From an uncultured Planctomycetaceae bacterium (GTDB lineage Bacteria; Planctomycetota; Planctomycetia; Isosphaerales; Isosphaeraceae): a stretch of 64,000 nucleotides of DNA. The position numbers and the translations under genes are program-made. This document shows positions 11,364 through 22,749 of this stretch, in pieces (position 1 is the stretch's first letter; the number at the start of each line of letters is the position of its first letter). The stretch lies in NCBI GenBank assembly GCA_963833985.1, contig CAWIAD010000002.1, positions 2,368,001-2,432,000 on the forward strand. The letters are read 5' to 3'. The notes beneath the pieces were generated by a model. It was not told the origin of the DNA, did not search any database, and saw only the letters and a program-made list of their open reading frames with translations.

Positions 11364-14300
11364 TCAAGAATCTGCGGGAGGCGGGGACGGGATCCTGGAG
11401 GTGTCGGGGCCGCGGTCGGCGGCCGGGTCGAGAGGGTCAAGCTCCAGTTCGATCTTCGAGAGTGATGCGGAGGACAGGCTGAGGTCAAGCTTCTTCCGGA
11501 ACTTGACGCTCTCGGTCACCGGCAGCTCGTCCTTGGGGTCGAAGGTTGTTCTCCAGTCCGACCGGTTGAAATCACGGGGCGACACGCCGGTCTGAAGGAT
11601 CTGGTCGCGCCGGTACGTGGAGATCTCGTCGTAGGCGACCTTCTCGGCCCTCCAGACGATCCGGTCACGGAGCCTTTCCATCTGGCCCTGGCCATCGACG
11701 CGGAAGAGGGGGGAGAGCCCGGCGGTGCTGAAGACGGATCTCTCGGCCTCCATCTCGGTGAGGGGCAGCTCAGTTTCCTCGAGCGTGCTTTCCAGGTAGA
11801 CCAGTCCGCTTTTCGTACGTGCCAGGACCTGGTCGATCCGGACCTTGATCGCGGTCCGGTCACGCTCCAGCGAGGCGCTGCCCAGAGCGTGCAAGAGACT
11901 GCCGTCGGTTGCGATCTGTGCGTTGCGAAGTTGCAGATCAAGGAGCCGTCCCGACGCAACGCTGACACAGTCGCCGGCGGAGCGGATGAAGCTGTCGCGC
12001 AGCGTGATCAGAGCGTTCTTGACCGCCGTCTCGCGGCCTGCGCCCAGCTCGCCGGCGGTCGCGGGCTGGACAACGACGGCGGCCGCGGTCGACGAGCGGC
12101 CCGCGACCGTGATCGTGCAATCGCTCAGGGAGAGTTCGCTTCCCCCGGCCACGCCGATGGCCGCCTGGCGATCGCTGCGCGGAGCCTCGGGATCCTGTTC
12201 GGGAATGAGCAGGTCCAGCCCTTGAAGCTGCAAGGAACCCGATCGCAGATTGAAAAGGACCGACCAGGCGCTGGTGGATCTTGCGGCGAATGTCGCCGGC
12301 CGGAATCGGATGCGCGGCGCCGCGCTCCGGGCTCCGCCTCGACGCTCCAGCGCGTGGAGCCTGCAAACTCGGTCATCGGCAGCTCGAGGTCGGTGTCGCG
12401 GGCGATCTTCAGGGTGCCGCCCTTCGATCCTAGACGGTGCAGCGCTGCGGAAAACTGTTCGGCGGTGTGGATCAGCTCTGCGCGGGAGGACTCATCCTGG
12501 CGCCGGACCGAGGGGGTGCCGGAGGTCGCGACGGCAATTTTGCTCTCCGCGGGCGGGCCTGGTTGTGACGCCTTCGCGACGGGCGGCGAGGAGGCTGTGC
12601 CCGGCGCGTCGGCGTTGGCGTTTTCCCGCGCGCCGCCCGCCGCGGGGGGCATGCTCATGGGGAGCATGGTCGGCAGGTTGCCCGGGTCGTCATCCTCTTC
12701 CGTCACGGCGGAGGTTGCGGGAACCGGCCGGTCCACGCCGTTCGCGGGTCGCCTGGTGAGCATCGTGAGATCTTGCGGGGTACGGGAACTGGCCGAGGGC
12801 GGGGTGGCAGGGATCGTGCCGGGAGGCGATGCGCTGGTCTCGCCGGCCGGGGTCGGGCTCGTCGCGGACTGAACCTCTAATGGACTTTCGGGCAGGAGCG
12901 TCGGATCCGCCAGCCGCGCTCCATACGGGCCCTGCCGGGCCCCGGTCAGGGGAGACTTCAAGAAGGCTGAGGCGAGCTGGAACGCCTGGGTCGGGTTGTC
13001 CTGCTCGATGAGCAGTTCCTGCCAGGGTTGCGAGGACCTCCAGAGGGCAGCCGCGACCTGTTCCGTGCCCAGCTCGCGGACCTCGGAGGGCGTCTCCTTC
13101 CAGTGGTCGAAATCCTCGATGCCGCGGGCGGCTTCACTCTTCCGGGTGGGCTCGAGGAAGGCGCGAATCCGCGAGTAGAGGTTGTATCGGCCACGCCAGG
13201 TAAGATTACGGGGCGAGTCGATGGCGATCAGTGTCGGCGCCGAGGTTTCGGCCGGCGCGATGACGCAATCTTCCACCATGATCCGGGCGAGCGTCCCCTG
13301 GACGTCGAAGACCGGGCCGCTCCCGGTCATCAGGCTGCAATGTCGCATATGAATGCTGGTAGGCACCAGCCCGGCGGCGCTGCCGTTATTGAGCCAGACC
13401 GTAGGGCTGCCGGGACCCATGGTGCAGTCGCGCAGCAAGATCTCCGCGGGACCCTCGGTCACGAGGCCGACCTGCCCGCCGTCGAAATGGCAAGCGTCGG
13501 CGAAGACCAGGGGCGGCCTGTCGCCTTCGGCCGTTCTCGTCCGGAGCGAACGGACACGGAGGGCGGCACGATTCCTCTCGGTGCGTGCGATGCTCTGGCG
13601 GAACAGGCAGCCGCGAATCGTCAGATCGGTGTCCTCGGCCAGGATGGCGGCGACGCGCTCCTCGGTCCCTTCGCGCTCGAGCTCGAACGCCAGGCCCTCG
13701 ATGGTGACGTGCCCGCCGGAAAACGGCAAAAGGGCTGGCAGCCGGGGCTCGCCCAGGCGAGCGTCGGCCGCGAACCGGAGAACGGGATGGATGCCTGATT
13801 CGGCCCGGATTGTCAGGTCGCGCTCGGTGAGGGGCCATGATCCACGGGCGGTGGCCGTGCGCCCGCCCAGCAGGTAGGGCCCATCCTCACTGAGCGTGAT
13901 GATGGACCTGGGCGGTGCGCTGGCAATCTGCCCGAGCAGGTCGTCGCCGGGCCGCACCACGATGCTGCGGGGCGCGGTTTGCAAAGCGGGATTGAGCGCA
14001 AGCTCCGCATCGGCACCGTAAGCCACGGCGCCCGTCTGTCCGGCCAGGACCGCCGGCCGTTCCTTGGGTGCCAGCTCGTTGCGCGGTGCGCGGATCGGGC
14101 CGATGCCGGGCTCGGAGGGAAGCGAGGCTTGCGGATCGCGCGCCCACCACGCCAGTCCGGCCACCAGCACCAGGAACGCCACCGCCGGCACAAGCCATAT
14201 GAGATGGCGTTCGCCAGCGAATCGATGCCCCGGCGACATCCATGCGTGGGGCTCGGTCGTGGTGATCGCAAGACCAAGCTGTCCGGCCAGGGCCAGCAGG

Positions 14301-15288
14301 TCGCGCACCAGTTGCTCGGGGGACTGGTAACGGCGGTCCCGATCCTTGGCCATCAGCCGGGTGATCAGCCGCGCGAGTTCCACCGGCACCGCCGGGTTCA
14401 GGCCGCGGATCTCGGGCGGGGGCTCCTCCTGGTGCTGGAGCAACTTCTGGAGCACGGTGCCGCCGGGGAACGGGGGACGACCGGAAAGCATGTGGAAGAG
14501 TGTGCAACCCAGCGAGTAGAGATCGCTGCGGACATCGACGTCGCGCGGATCACGCGCCTGTTCTGGGCTGATATAGTCAAATGTGCCGAGCGTCATGCCG
14601 CTCTGGGTCAGCCCATGGTCGGCGTCGCGCTCGAAGCGCCGGGCCAGACCCATGTCCACCAGCTTGGCGCGGCCCTGCGGCGTGAGGATGATGTTCGAGG
14701 GCTTGATGTCGCGATGGACCACGCCGCGCGAGGCCGCGTGCACCAGGGCCTGGGCGATTTGCAAGGTGATGTCCACGGCCTCCCCGACCGGCAGGGGGCC
14801 CTTCTCGTCCACTCGCCGGCGGACGGTCGTTCCTTCAATATATTCAAATGCAATGTAGTGATGAGGCCCGTCCTGGCCAATGCTGTAGACCCGAGCAATG
14901 TTTTCGTGGTCGAGGCGGGCCGCCGACCTCCCCTCCTGGTAGAACCGTTGCACAACCTCCGGGTCGGCCGTCTGGTCCAGCGGCAAGAGCTTCAGCGCCA
15001 CATGGCGGTCGAGCTGGGCGTCCTGCGCCGGAAGACCGCACCCATACCGCCGGCCCCGATGGCCTCTTCCAGCAAGAACGTGCCAATCACTTCTCCCGGC
15101 CGCGGCAGACCCGTGGGTACGGATTCGGCCGCCTGCGCCTGCACCCTGCGGGCCGAGCTGGAAGCGGAACGCACCACCGTGGGAGGCTCGGCCGGGGGCG
15201 GAGTCTCGCCGCCGTCGCCCGCAACCTGGACCTTGGCGCCGCGACCCGGCGAACTCCCGGAGCTACCGATCGAATTGGAGATCTGCAT
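11364..15288 (-). CDS. Ser/Thr protein kinase with TM and two beta-helix-like C-terminal domains (frameshifts near 15020 and 12320)
   Basis: IGAGGMGAVF (ORF 14992..15339), ALKLL, HRDIKPSN, DMGLAR, GTFDYISPEQ, SDLYSLG; TM LIWLVPAVAFLVLVAGLAWW; ends in ORF 11364..12233. Confidence 0.88.
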
Positions 15289-15560
15289 CAACTCGAGCTC
15301 ATCGGTACGGGGCTGTCCCCAGGAAGACTTCCATGCCACGCCACTTGCTCAACGAGACAATCGCTCGGCGGTACCAGAGACCCAAGACGTGATACTGGAC
15401 AAGCATGCGAGGGCGATCCGATCGAGAATCGATTATAGACGGATCGATGGCGCATGTCAACGGACCGGCCCGTCCTCCGGAACCTAAATCCCAGCCGCTC
15501 AAGCGTCTGTGTCAACACGCCAGGGAACCGATCGGAACGGATCCGCTCCGGGAGCCGCCA

Positions 15561-18149
15561 ATGAACCCGCTTCCCATCGACCAGAGCTGTTCCGAGATCC
15601 TTGCCGCGCTGCACCAGCACGGCAGCATGGTACTGGTGGCTCCGCCAGGGGCCGGCAAGACCACACGCGTGCCGCCTCTCGTGGCGGGTTCCGGACTGCT
15701 GTCCCGTGAGCATCCGGGGATCATCGTACTCCAGCCCCGGAGGGTGGCCGCCCGCGCCACGGCTGCGCGCATCGCCGAGGAACAGGGCTGGACGCTCGGG
15801 GCCGAGGTCGGCTACCAGGTCCGGTTCGAGCGCAGGATCTCCGCCTCGACCCGGATCAGGATCCAGACCGAGGGCATCCTCAACCGGCAACTGCTGGCCG
15901 ACCCGTTCCTGGAAGGCATCGGGGCCGTCATCCTGGACGAGTTTCACGAGCGCAGCATCCACTCCGACCTGGCCCTGGCGTTCCTGGCGGAAATTCGACG
16001 CGAAGCGCGGCCCGACCTGCGGCTGCTGGTGATGTCGGCCACGCTGGAGGCCGAGCCGGTCGCCCGCTTCCTGGGCGATTGCCCGATCGTACGCGTCGCG
16101 GGGCGAGACCATCCGGTGGCGCTCGCCTACCACCCGGCACCCCGGCCGGCCAGCCCCGAAGCTGTGGAACCTTTGGTGCGGCAAGTGCTTGCGGATCAAT
16201 CGGCCGCGGGGCACGTGCTCGTCTTTCTGCCGGGCATGGCCGAGATTCGCAGGGTCAAGAAGGCAATCGAGCCTCTGGCGCACGCTCACGGCGCAGTCGT
16301 GCTGCCGTTGCACGGCTCGCTGCCCGCCGAGGACCAGGATCGCGCGCTGCGTCCGTCGGACCGGCAGAAGATCATCCTGGCCACGAACATCGCCGAGACC
16401 TCGCTGACCATCGACGGCGTCACGACCGTGATCGACGCGGGCCTGGCGCGGATCGCTCATCACGACCCCGAGCGCGGATTCGACCGCCTGGACCTGGCCC
16501 GGATCAGCCAGGCATCCGCGGCCCAGCGCCGGCCGCGCCGGCCGAACCGCTCCCGGCCGCTGCTTGCGGCTCTGGTCGGAGCGCCAGGAACGGACGCTGG
16601 CCCCGTTTCAGGTTCCCGAGGTGCACCGGGTGGACCTGTGCGGGGCGGTCCTGGCAATCCACGCCTGGGGCGTGACGGATGCCGGCGCCGCCCGATTTGC
16701 CTGGTACGAAGCCCCCGCGCCGAGCGCCTGGGGGCCGCCCGGCGCCTGCTCATCAGCCTGGGTGCCCTGGAGCCCGAGCGTGCGCGGCTCACTCCCCTTG
16801 GCCGGGAGATGCTCGAGCTCCCCGTTCATCCCCGGCTGGCGCGGCTGCTGATGGCCGCCGCCCGGGAGGGTGCGGTCCGCGCGGGTGCGGCCGTCGCCGC
16901 CGTGCTGGCCGAGAAAGACATGGCGGCTGGGGAAGGTCCCGATCGACCCGGCAGCGTGCCACCCCGGTCTCACTCCGGGCGCGGCCGATGTGACCTGACC
17001 CAGCGCCTCGACTGGCTGGCCGAAGCCGAAGCGTGCCATTTCTCGCCGAGCCTGCGCGCACGCGCGATCGATCCGGCCGCCGCCCGACAGGTGGCGCGTG
17101 TCCGCGATGACCTTGTCCGGCTTGCGGCGCGGATTGCCGGCCCCGCGCAACCGAGCATGCCGCAGCCGGATAACGACGAATCGCTCCTGAAGTGGCTCAT
17201 CCTGGCTTATCCCGATCGGGTGGTCCGACGCCGCGGGTCGGAAGCGACGGGAGTCATGGTTGGCGGCCGGGGCGTGCGGCTGAGCCGTGACTCGATCGTG
17301 CGCGCAGGCGAGCTGTTCCTGGCGCTCGATCCCCGCGAACAGCGCCGGCAGGGGACGCTCGAACTCGAGGTAAGGCTCGCCAGTGCGGTGGAGCTGAGCT
17401 GGCTGGAGGAGCTGGTCCCTCACCTGCTGCGACGTGAGCGGGCCACCGTCTTCGACGACGAGCGGCAGCGCGTGGTGGGCGTCACACGGCTCTGGTATCT
17501 GGACCTGTTGCTGCGGGAAGACGCCAGCGCAACCCTGGATGCGGACCTTGCCGCAGCCACGCTCTCCGCCGCGCTACGCCCCGAGGCGGCCGCACTTGTT
17601 CGCGACGACCCGGCAGCCGCCATCTGGCTGGCGCGGTACGACCTGGTGAGACAGGCGATTCCCGAGCTGGCGTGGCCGGAGATCGATGAGAGCGCCTGGA
17701 CGATGATCCTGGAGCAGCTCTGCCGGGGTCGCACGCGGACCGACGAGGTGCGCCAGGCCGACAAGGTGCCTTACCTTGAAGGCCTGTGCGATCCGTCCCG
17801 GTTGCGCGAGCTGGCTGCGAGTGCGCCGCTCTCGCTCTCGGTCCCCAGCGGCCGGAGCGTCCGGCTGACGTATGAACGGGGCCGTCCCCCCGTGCTGGCG
17901 GTTCGCCTCCAGGAGGTCTTCGGCTGGACCGAGACCCCTAGGCTGGCCCGGGAACGGGTCCCGGTGGTGCTCCATCTCCTGGGCCCGAACCACCGGCCGG
18001 TGCAGATCACCACGGACCTGAAGAGCTTCTGGACCACGACCTATCACCAGGTCCGCAAGGACCTCCGCCGGCGCTATCCCAGGCACGCCTGGCCCGAGGA
18101 CCCCATGACCGCGACCGCATCTCGGGGACCTACTCCGAAACGTTCCTGA
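15561..18149 (+). CDS. hrpB: ATP-dependent helicase HrpB (compensating frameshifts near 16530-16720)
   Basis: APPGAGKTT, QPRRVAAR, DEFHER, MSATL, ATNIAETSLTIDG, LAVRLQEVFG, RPVQITTDLKSFW, YPRHAWPEDP; the motif VI region continues in another frame (ORF 16564..16851). Confidence 0.95.
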   Translation: MNPLPIDQSCSEILAALHQHGSMVLVAPPGAGKTTRVPPLVAGSGLLSREHPGIIVLQPRRVAARATAARIAEEQGWTLGAEVGYQVRFERRISASTRIRIQTEGILNRQLLADPFLEGIGAVILDEFHERSIHSDLALAFLAEIRREARPDLRLLVMSATLEAEPVARFLGDCPIVRVAGRDHPVALAYHPAPRPASPEAVEPLVRQVLADQSAAGHVLVFLPGMAEIRRVKKAIEPLAHAHGAVVLPLHGSLPAEDQDRALRPSDRQKIILATNIAETSLTIDGVTTVIDAGLARIAHHDPERGFDRLDLARISQASAAQRRPRRPNRSRPLLAALVGAPGTDAGPVSGSRGAPGGPVRGGPGNPRLGRDGCRRRPICLVRSPRAERLGAARRLLISLGALEPERARLTPLGREMLELPVHPRLARLLMAAAREGAVRAGAAVAAVLAEKDMAAGEGPDRPGSVPPRSHSGRGRCDLTQRLDWLAEAEACHFSPSLRARAIDPAAARQVARVRDDLVRLAARIAGPAQPSMPQPDNDESLLKWLILAYPDRVVRRRGSEATGVMVGGRGVRLSRDSIVRAGELFLALDPREQRRQGTLELEVRLASAVELSWLEELVPHLLRRERATVFDDERQRVVGVTRLWYLDLLLREDASATLDADLAAATLSAALRPEAAALVRDDPAAAIWLARYDLVRQAIPELAWPEIDESAWTMILEQLCRGRTRTDEVRQADKVPYLEGLCDPSRLRELAASAPLSLSVPSGRSVRLTYERGRPPVLAVRLQEVFGWTETPRLARERVPVVLHLLGPNHRPVQITTDLKSFWTTTYHQVRKDLRRRYPRHAWPEDPMTATASRGPTPKRS

Positions 18150-18956
18150 AGCCGGCTCCCGGCTCCCTGCCCGAAGCGCCAGAGAACCAGTGACCTCCTT
18201 CCCGAAAGTCGGTCCACCGGACTTGCCGGGACGGACCCACGAAATGCCGGCCGCCCGAGGGCATTTTTCCGGACGCGCCCAGCCAATGGATCGCGCCGGG
18301 CAACGGGACCGGATGCGGCGCACCGCCGATATGGTCTCCCTGATCCGTGGTGAACCCGCCTGCTGTTGCGTCCCTGAGCCGGCCTCGCTCGGCGTGGTCG
18401 TCGCTTGCTTCCACGAGCAGGGCCTGAGCACGCGGCGTGAATCGGCCGTCGATGTCGGCAAATTCTCAGCAGTTGTTTTGTTTTTTCCACATGTGGAGGC
18501 ATTTTATCCATCTGGGATTCCTTTTTAAAACAAACACATCCGCATGCCTTGACTTCATTTTTATGGTCTCCCATCATCATGGATCGCCAGCGATCGTGGG
18601 TGGCTCGCGCGGTCGACGAGGACGTTCGCATCTTCAAGAGCGAGCGCACGACGCCTCTGATCCGGGCCACATGTCTTCAGGCCAGGGTTCCGGCTCTGAC
18701 AATGCCGGGGAATGGTCTGCTGGTCCACACGGGAAGCAAGTACACACGGCCGGGCAACCTGGAGAAAAGTTCCAGAAAGTTGAGCGGGAACCCCGTGGGC
18801 TCCTGCCGCGAGCCGGAGAAGAATCCCATCAAGAATCATGCCGCCAACGTTGGACCGCGTTTCCTCGACTGCGACCACGACTTCGTGCCGCTCGACTCGA
18901 GACTGGCTGCATTTCGCCGCACGTTGAGCCTCGTATTGCCGCTTCACCGAAAGGAA

Positions 18957-20200
18957 ATGTTCGGTGGAGAGTCTGGCCACACCTGTGCTGAAGAAGCAGC
19001 ACACAACGAACGCTCGAAGTCCGGTATCGGACAGTCCCGGCGAGTCGTCCAGGAGACGGTTCCCGCCGAACGGTTCCGCTATCTGCCTTTTCTGGACGGC
19101 CTGCGCCTGTCTCCATATTGCTGGTCATCTGCTCGCACTACATGGGGCCCGTTTCAACGCGCATCGGGATTTACATGGCGGGGTGGGCGGGGGTGGACGT
19201 CTTTTTTGTCATCAGTGGTTTTCTCATTACCTGTTTATTAATGCAGGAGAAGTGCGATCATGGATCGTTTTCATTCAAGGGATTCTATATACGAAGGAGC
19301 TTGCGTATTTTTCCTGCTTACTATTTCTTCCTCCTCGTCATGCTCTTGAATTCCGGAGTCAGCGGGGCCCGATACGTCACTGCGGTCTCCCTGTATCTGA
19401 CTGATATGATCTACATGCTGGGATCGGGAGGCATTCCGCACGAACTCGTGCACAGCTGGTCGCTCTCCGTCGAAGAGCACTTCTACATGCTCTGGCCTCT
19501 CACATTGTTGCTCATGGGCCGGCGCGCCCTCCAGCTCTCGGTGTTCACGATCGTCGCGGCCTGGATCTGGAGAGTTTATCTCGTCTATTCCGGTGCAAAC
19601 TGGCCCAGGCTGTATCTCGCGTTCGATAGCCGGCTGGATAGCATTCTGATCGGATGCACCCTGTCGCTGCTCTGGATGAACCCTCCGCTCCGCATGCGTA
19701 TGCGTGCCATTCTGGGCAAACCCTGGGCGCCTTACGCCGCGGTGCTCGCCCTCGCCGGCTCGGCCTTGCTGCTGGGCAGGCACACCATGTATTCGGGAGC
19801 GGGCTGGAGCTCGTTCTGGTTCTGGAACGTACGTCTGCCGGTTCACGACCTGCTGATCGGTCTGCTGCTCCTGGTGCTGCTCATTCACCCGGCTTCGCGG
19901 TTGAGCCACGTACTCTCGACGCCTTCACTGGTATGGCTCGGCCGGTTGTCATACAGCCTCTACCTCTGGCACATGGTCGGAATCGCACTCGGCGATCAGC
20001 TCTACGGCCATTGCTTCACGGATCGCACCTGGTACACGTCCCTCCTCTTCGAGGTCGTCAAGCTGGCGATCAGCCTGGCCCTGGCAATGTCCTCCTACTA
20101 CCTGGTCGAGCGGCCATTCCTGAGCTTGAAGCAATTCTGGGAGCCGCATCGGCAAGAGTCGCCACGCCGGCCCGCCCTGGCACCGTCCGCGTCATCGTGA
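18957..20200 (+). CDS. acyltransferase 3 family (OafA-like O-acyltransferase), frameshift near 19105
   Basis: YLPFLDGLR in the upstream frame; GVDVFFVISGFLIT, FYIRRSLRIFPAY, HSWSLSVEEHFY, GRLSYSLYLWH, SYYLVERPF; start at 18957 inferred. Confidence 0.88.
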
Positions 20201-20383
20201 TGGCCAGCGTCCGGGGAAAACGGAATCCTCACCTTGCACCCCTTGGACCACGGGCGGCGAGCCTCCCTGGCTATTCGCTTCGGCCCCCGCCGGCACGGCC
20301 CGCAGTCTCTCCGGGGGCCAAAACGGGTAGAGATCCCCGCCATTCTCCTTGTTCTTCCCGAACGGGCTCCGTAGACTCGTGAT

Positions 20384-21705
20384 ATGACGTTTGTCATAGG
20401 AAGCGAGTCCACTCCAGGGGGAGCCGTTGCGGTGCAATGGAACGAACGCTCTGCACGTCGTGGAGCGTGGCGGGTTCTTCTCGTCATGCTGCTGATCGGT
20501 TCTGGTTCGGCGGCCGTGCGTGCGGGTGGTCCGCCCGAGGCGCGGGATGACCTGGACGCCATCAAGCGTGATGCGGATAAGGCAGATGCGCGGCTGGATG
20601 AGCGGTTCAAGGCGGCCGGCGATGAGAAGGCGCAGAAAACCGCCGTCGCTGAATACTGGAAAGAACTCGCGGTATGCGGCCGCCGGGCGTTTTCCTTTTC
20701 ACGCAACGCGAAGAACCCGAAGGAGGCGGCGGAGGCGGCGATCTGGGTGGTCCATGGCATGAACAATGGCTACGTGGATCAGCTTGCCGACGTGATCGAG
20801 GAAGCCTTTGCACTGCTGGCGGATCGCTGGATCGACACTGAGACCCTTGCCCCGCTCTGCTATTACACCAGCGGCTACTGCCTGAGCTCGCCGGCGGCGC
20901 GGCGGTTCCTGGCCGCGGCCGCGGAGAAGAGCCCGCATCGTCTCGTACGGGGTGTCGCCACGCTGGGGCCGGGCAGTATGAGTGCGATCGCATTTTCCTG
21001 CCGCAGCGCCTCCGCGACCCGGTTATGGGCCAGGACTTGAAAGATCGCTGTGCGTCGTCGCCCGAGCGGCTGGCGAGCCTCGGTCCGGTGGATCGAGACG
21101 GGTGCGAGCGACGCGCCGAGCATCTCTTCGAGAAGGTGTCCGCGGAGTATGCTGATGTCTCATTGCCATATCCGTACAATCCGACTGCGCTTGGCCAGAT
21201 GGCCGCCGGCGAGCTATTCAAGCTGAGGCATCTCGCGGTCGGCAATAAAGCACCGGAACTCGAGGGCACGGACGTGGAAGGCCGGCCTCTGAACCTGAGC
21301 GATCATCACGGCAAGGTGGTGGTGATCGTCTTCTGGGCCACCTGGTGCGGCCCGTGCATGGGGATGGTTCCGCACGAACGAGAGCTGGTGAAGCGGCTGC
21401 GAGGCAAGCCCTTCGTGCTGCTGGGTGTCAATGCCGACGAGGACCGGGAAGTCGCCAGGAAGGCGATGATCCAGAACGGCATGACCTGGCGTTCGTGGTG
21501 GGACGGTAAGAATCCTGGCCCGATCTCCGGCCGCTGGGGCGTGCTGAGCTGGCCGGCAGTGTACGTGCTTGATTCGCAGGGCGTCATCCGCTATACGAAT
21601 GTGAGGTTCAAGGCCCTGGATCAGTGCGTGGACCAGCTTCTTCTCGAGGCGGAGGGGGGCACCCAGGGCTCCGCACCGCCTGCGCTCGATCCTCCCACCC
21701 CGTAA
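20384..21705 (+). CDS. secreted TlpA/ResA-type thioredoxin (disulfide reductase) with N-terminal helical domain, frameshift near 20970-21020
   Basis: Signal peptide in ORF 20384..21040; VGNKAPELEG, FWATWCGPC, WPAVYVLDSQGVIR in ORF 21025..21705. Confidence 0.85.
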
Positions 21706-21749
21706 GGACTTTGGACAGGACGACCCGAGACGCCCGTGGCGGCCTTGGC

Positions 21750-22340
21750 TCAAAACGAGACCTGGGGCACCTGCCGTTCCTTCTCCACGTCGAGCTCGAA
21801 GAGCTGTGCCGGTGCGAAGCCCAGCGCGTTGGCCACGAGGTTGGTGGGGAAGCTTTCACGCGTGATGTTGTAATTCATGACGGTGTTGTTGAAGACCTGG
21901 CGGGCGGCCGCGATCTGGTTCTCGGTCGCCGCCAGCTCCTGCTGTAGAGCGATCATGTTCTGATTGGCCTTGAGATCGGGATAGGCTTCGGCCACGGCGA
22001 AGAGCCGCCCGAGGGCGCCGTTGAGCTGAGATTCGGCCGCGGCCAGCCCCGCCATGGACGAGGCATTCCCCGGGTTGGAGGCGGCCGCGCTCACCGCCGT
22101 CATCGCCGCGCTACGTGCCCGGGTGACTGCCTCGAGCGTTTCCCGCTCGTGGCTCAGATATCCCTTGGCGGTCTCGATCAGGTTCGGGATCAGGTCATGC
22201 CTGCGCTTGAGCTGCACGTCGATCTGGCTGAACGCCGCCTTGAACCGGTTCCGCATGGCCACGAGCCCGTTGTAGGCCCCCGCCAGCCAGAGCAGCACGA
22301 TCACCACAACCAAGGCCACAACGCCCAGAACGGTCCACAT
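21750..22340 (-). CDS. lemA: LemA family protein
   Basis: N-terminal TM, IDVQLKRRHDLIPNL, HERETLEAV, AVAEAYPDLKANQN, ENQIAAARQ. Confidence 0.95.
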   Translation of the reverse strand: MWTVLGVVALVVVIVLLWLAGAYNGLVAMRNRFKAAFSQIDVQLKRRHDLIPNLIETAKGYLSHERETLEAVTRARSAAMTAVSAAASNPGNASSMAGLAAAESQLNGALGRLFAVAEAYPDLKANQNMIALQQELAATENQIAAARQVFNNTVMNYNITRESFPTNLVANALGFAPAQLFELDVEKERQVPQVSF

Positions 22341-22749
22341 GGATGTCAGCCTTTCGGTTCAATCTGCGTCTCTCTCCTGTTCTCTCCCGGAACCGATTCC
22401 GTTCCGTTCGCTTTGACGCCCACTGATCTTGCGGCCCGCGACTGCGCGTATCAAGCGGGTAATCCCCCGTGCCGGGAAAAAGAGCTGCATCCGCTTACGT
22501 GCGAACAGGAACGGACCGCAGTGAGCTTGGCCTACAAGCTGCCCCGGACCCGCTGCGCGAGATTCCGCCGAACTCTTGGCCTAATGGGCTTTCTTGGTTG
22601 CATGCGAGCATGTAAATCCTGGATGAGCCAGATCGCATTCCCAGAAACCGGCCGGTTGCTTAAGATCTGCGGCTGCCTGAAGGTACGGACGCCCGAGGCC
22701 TTGCCATTTCCCCGGAAGGATTCCGCGAACTCAATGCAGCGACGCGGGC

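Noticed and set aside
15561..18149. hrpB, kinase, patatin and others as pseudogenes or programmed frameshifts
   Set aside because: Motifs are intact on both sides, no slippery heptamer was noticed, and the breaks are scattered across unrelated genes, so sequencing error is more likely.
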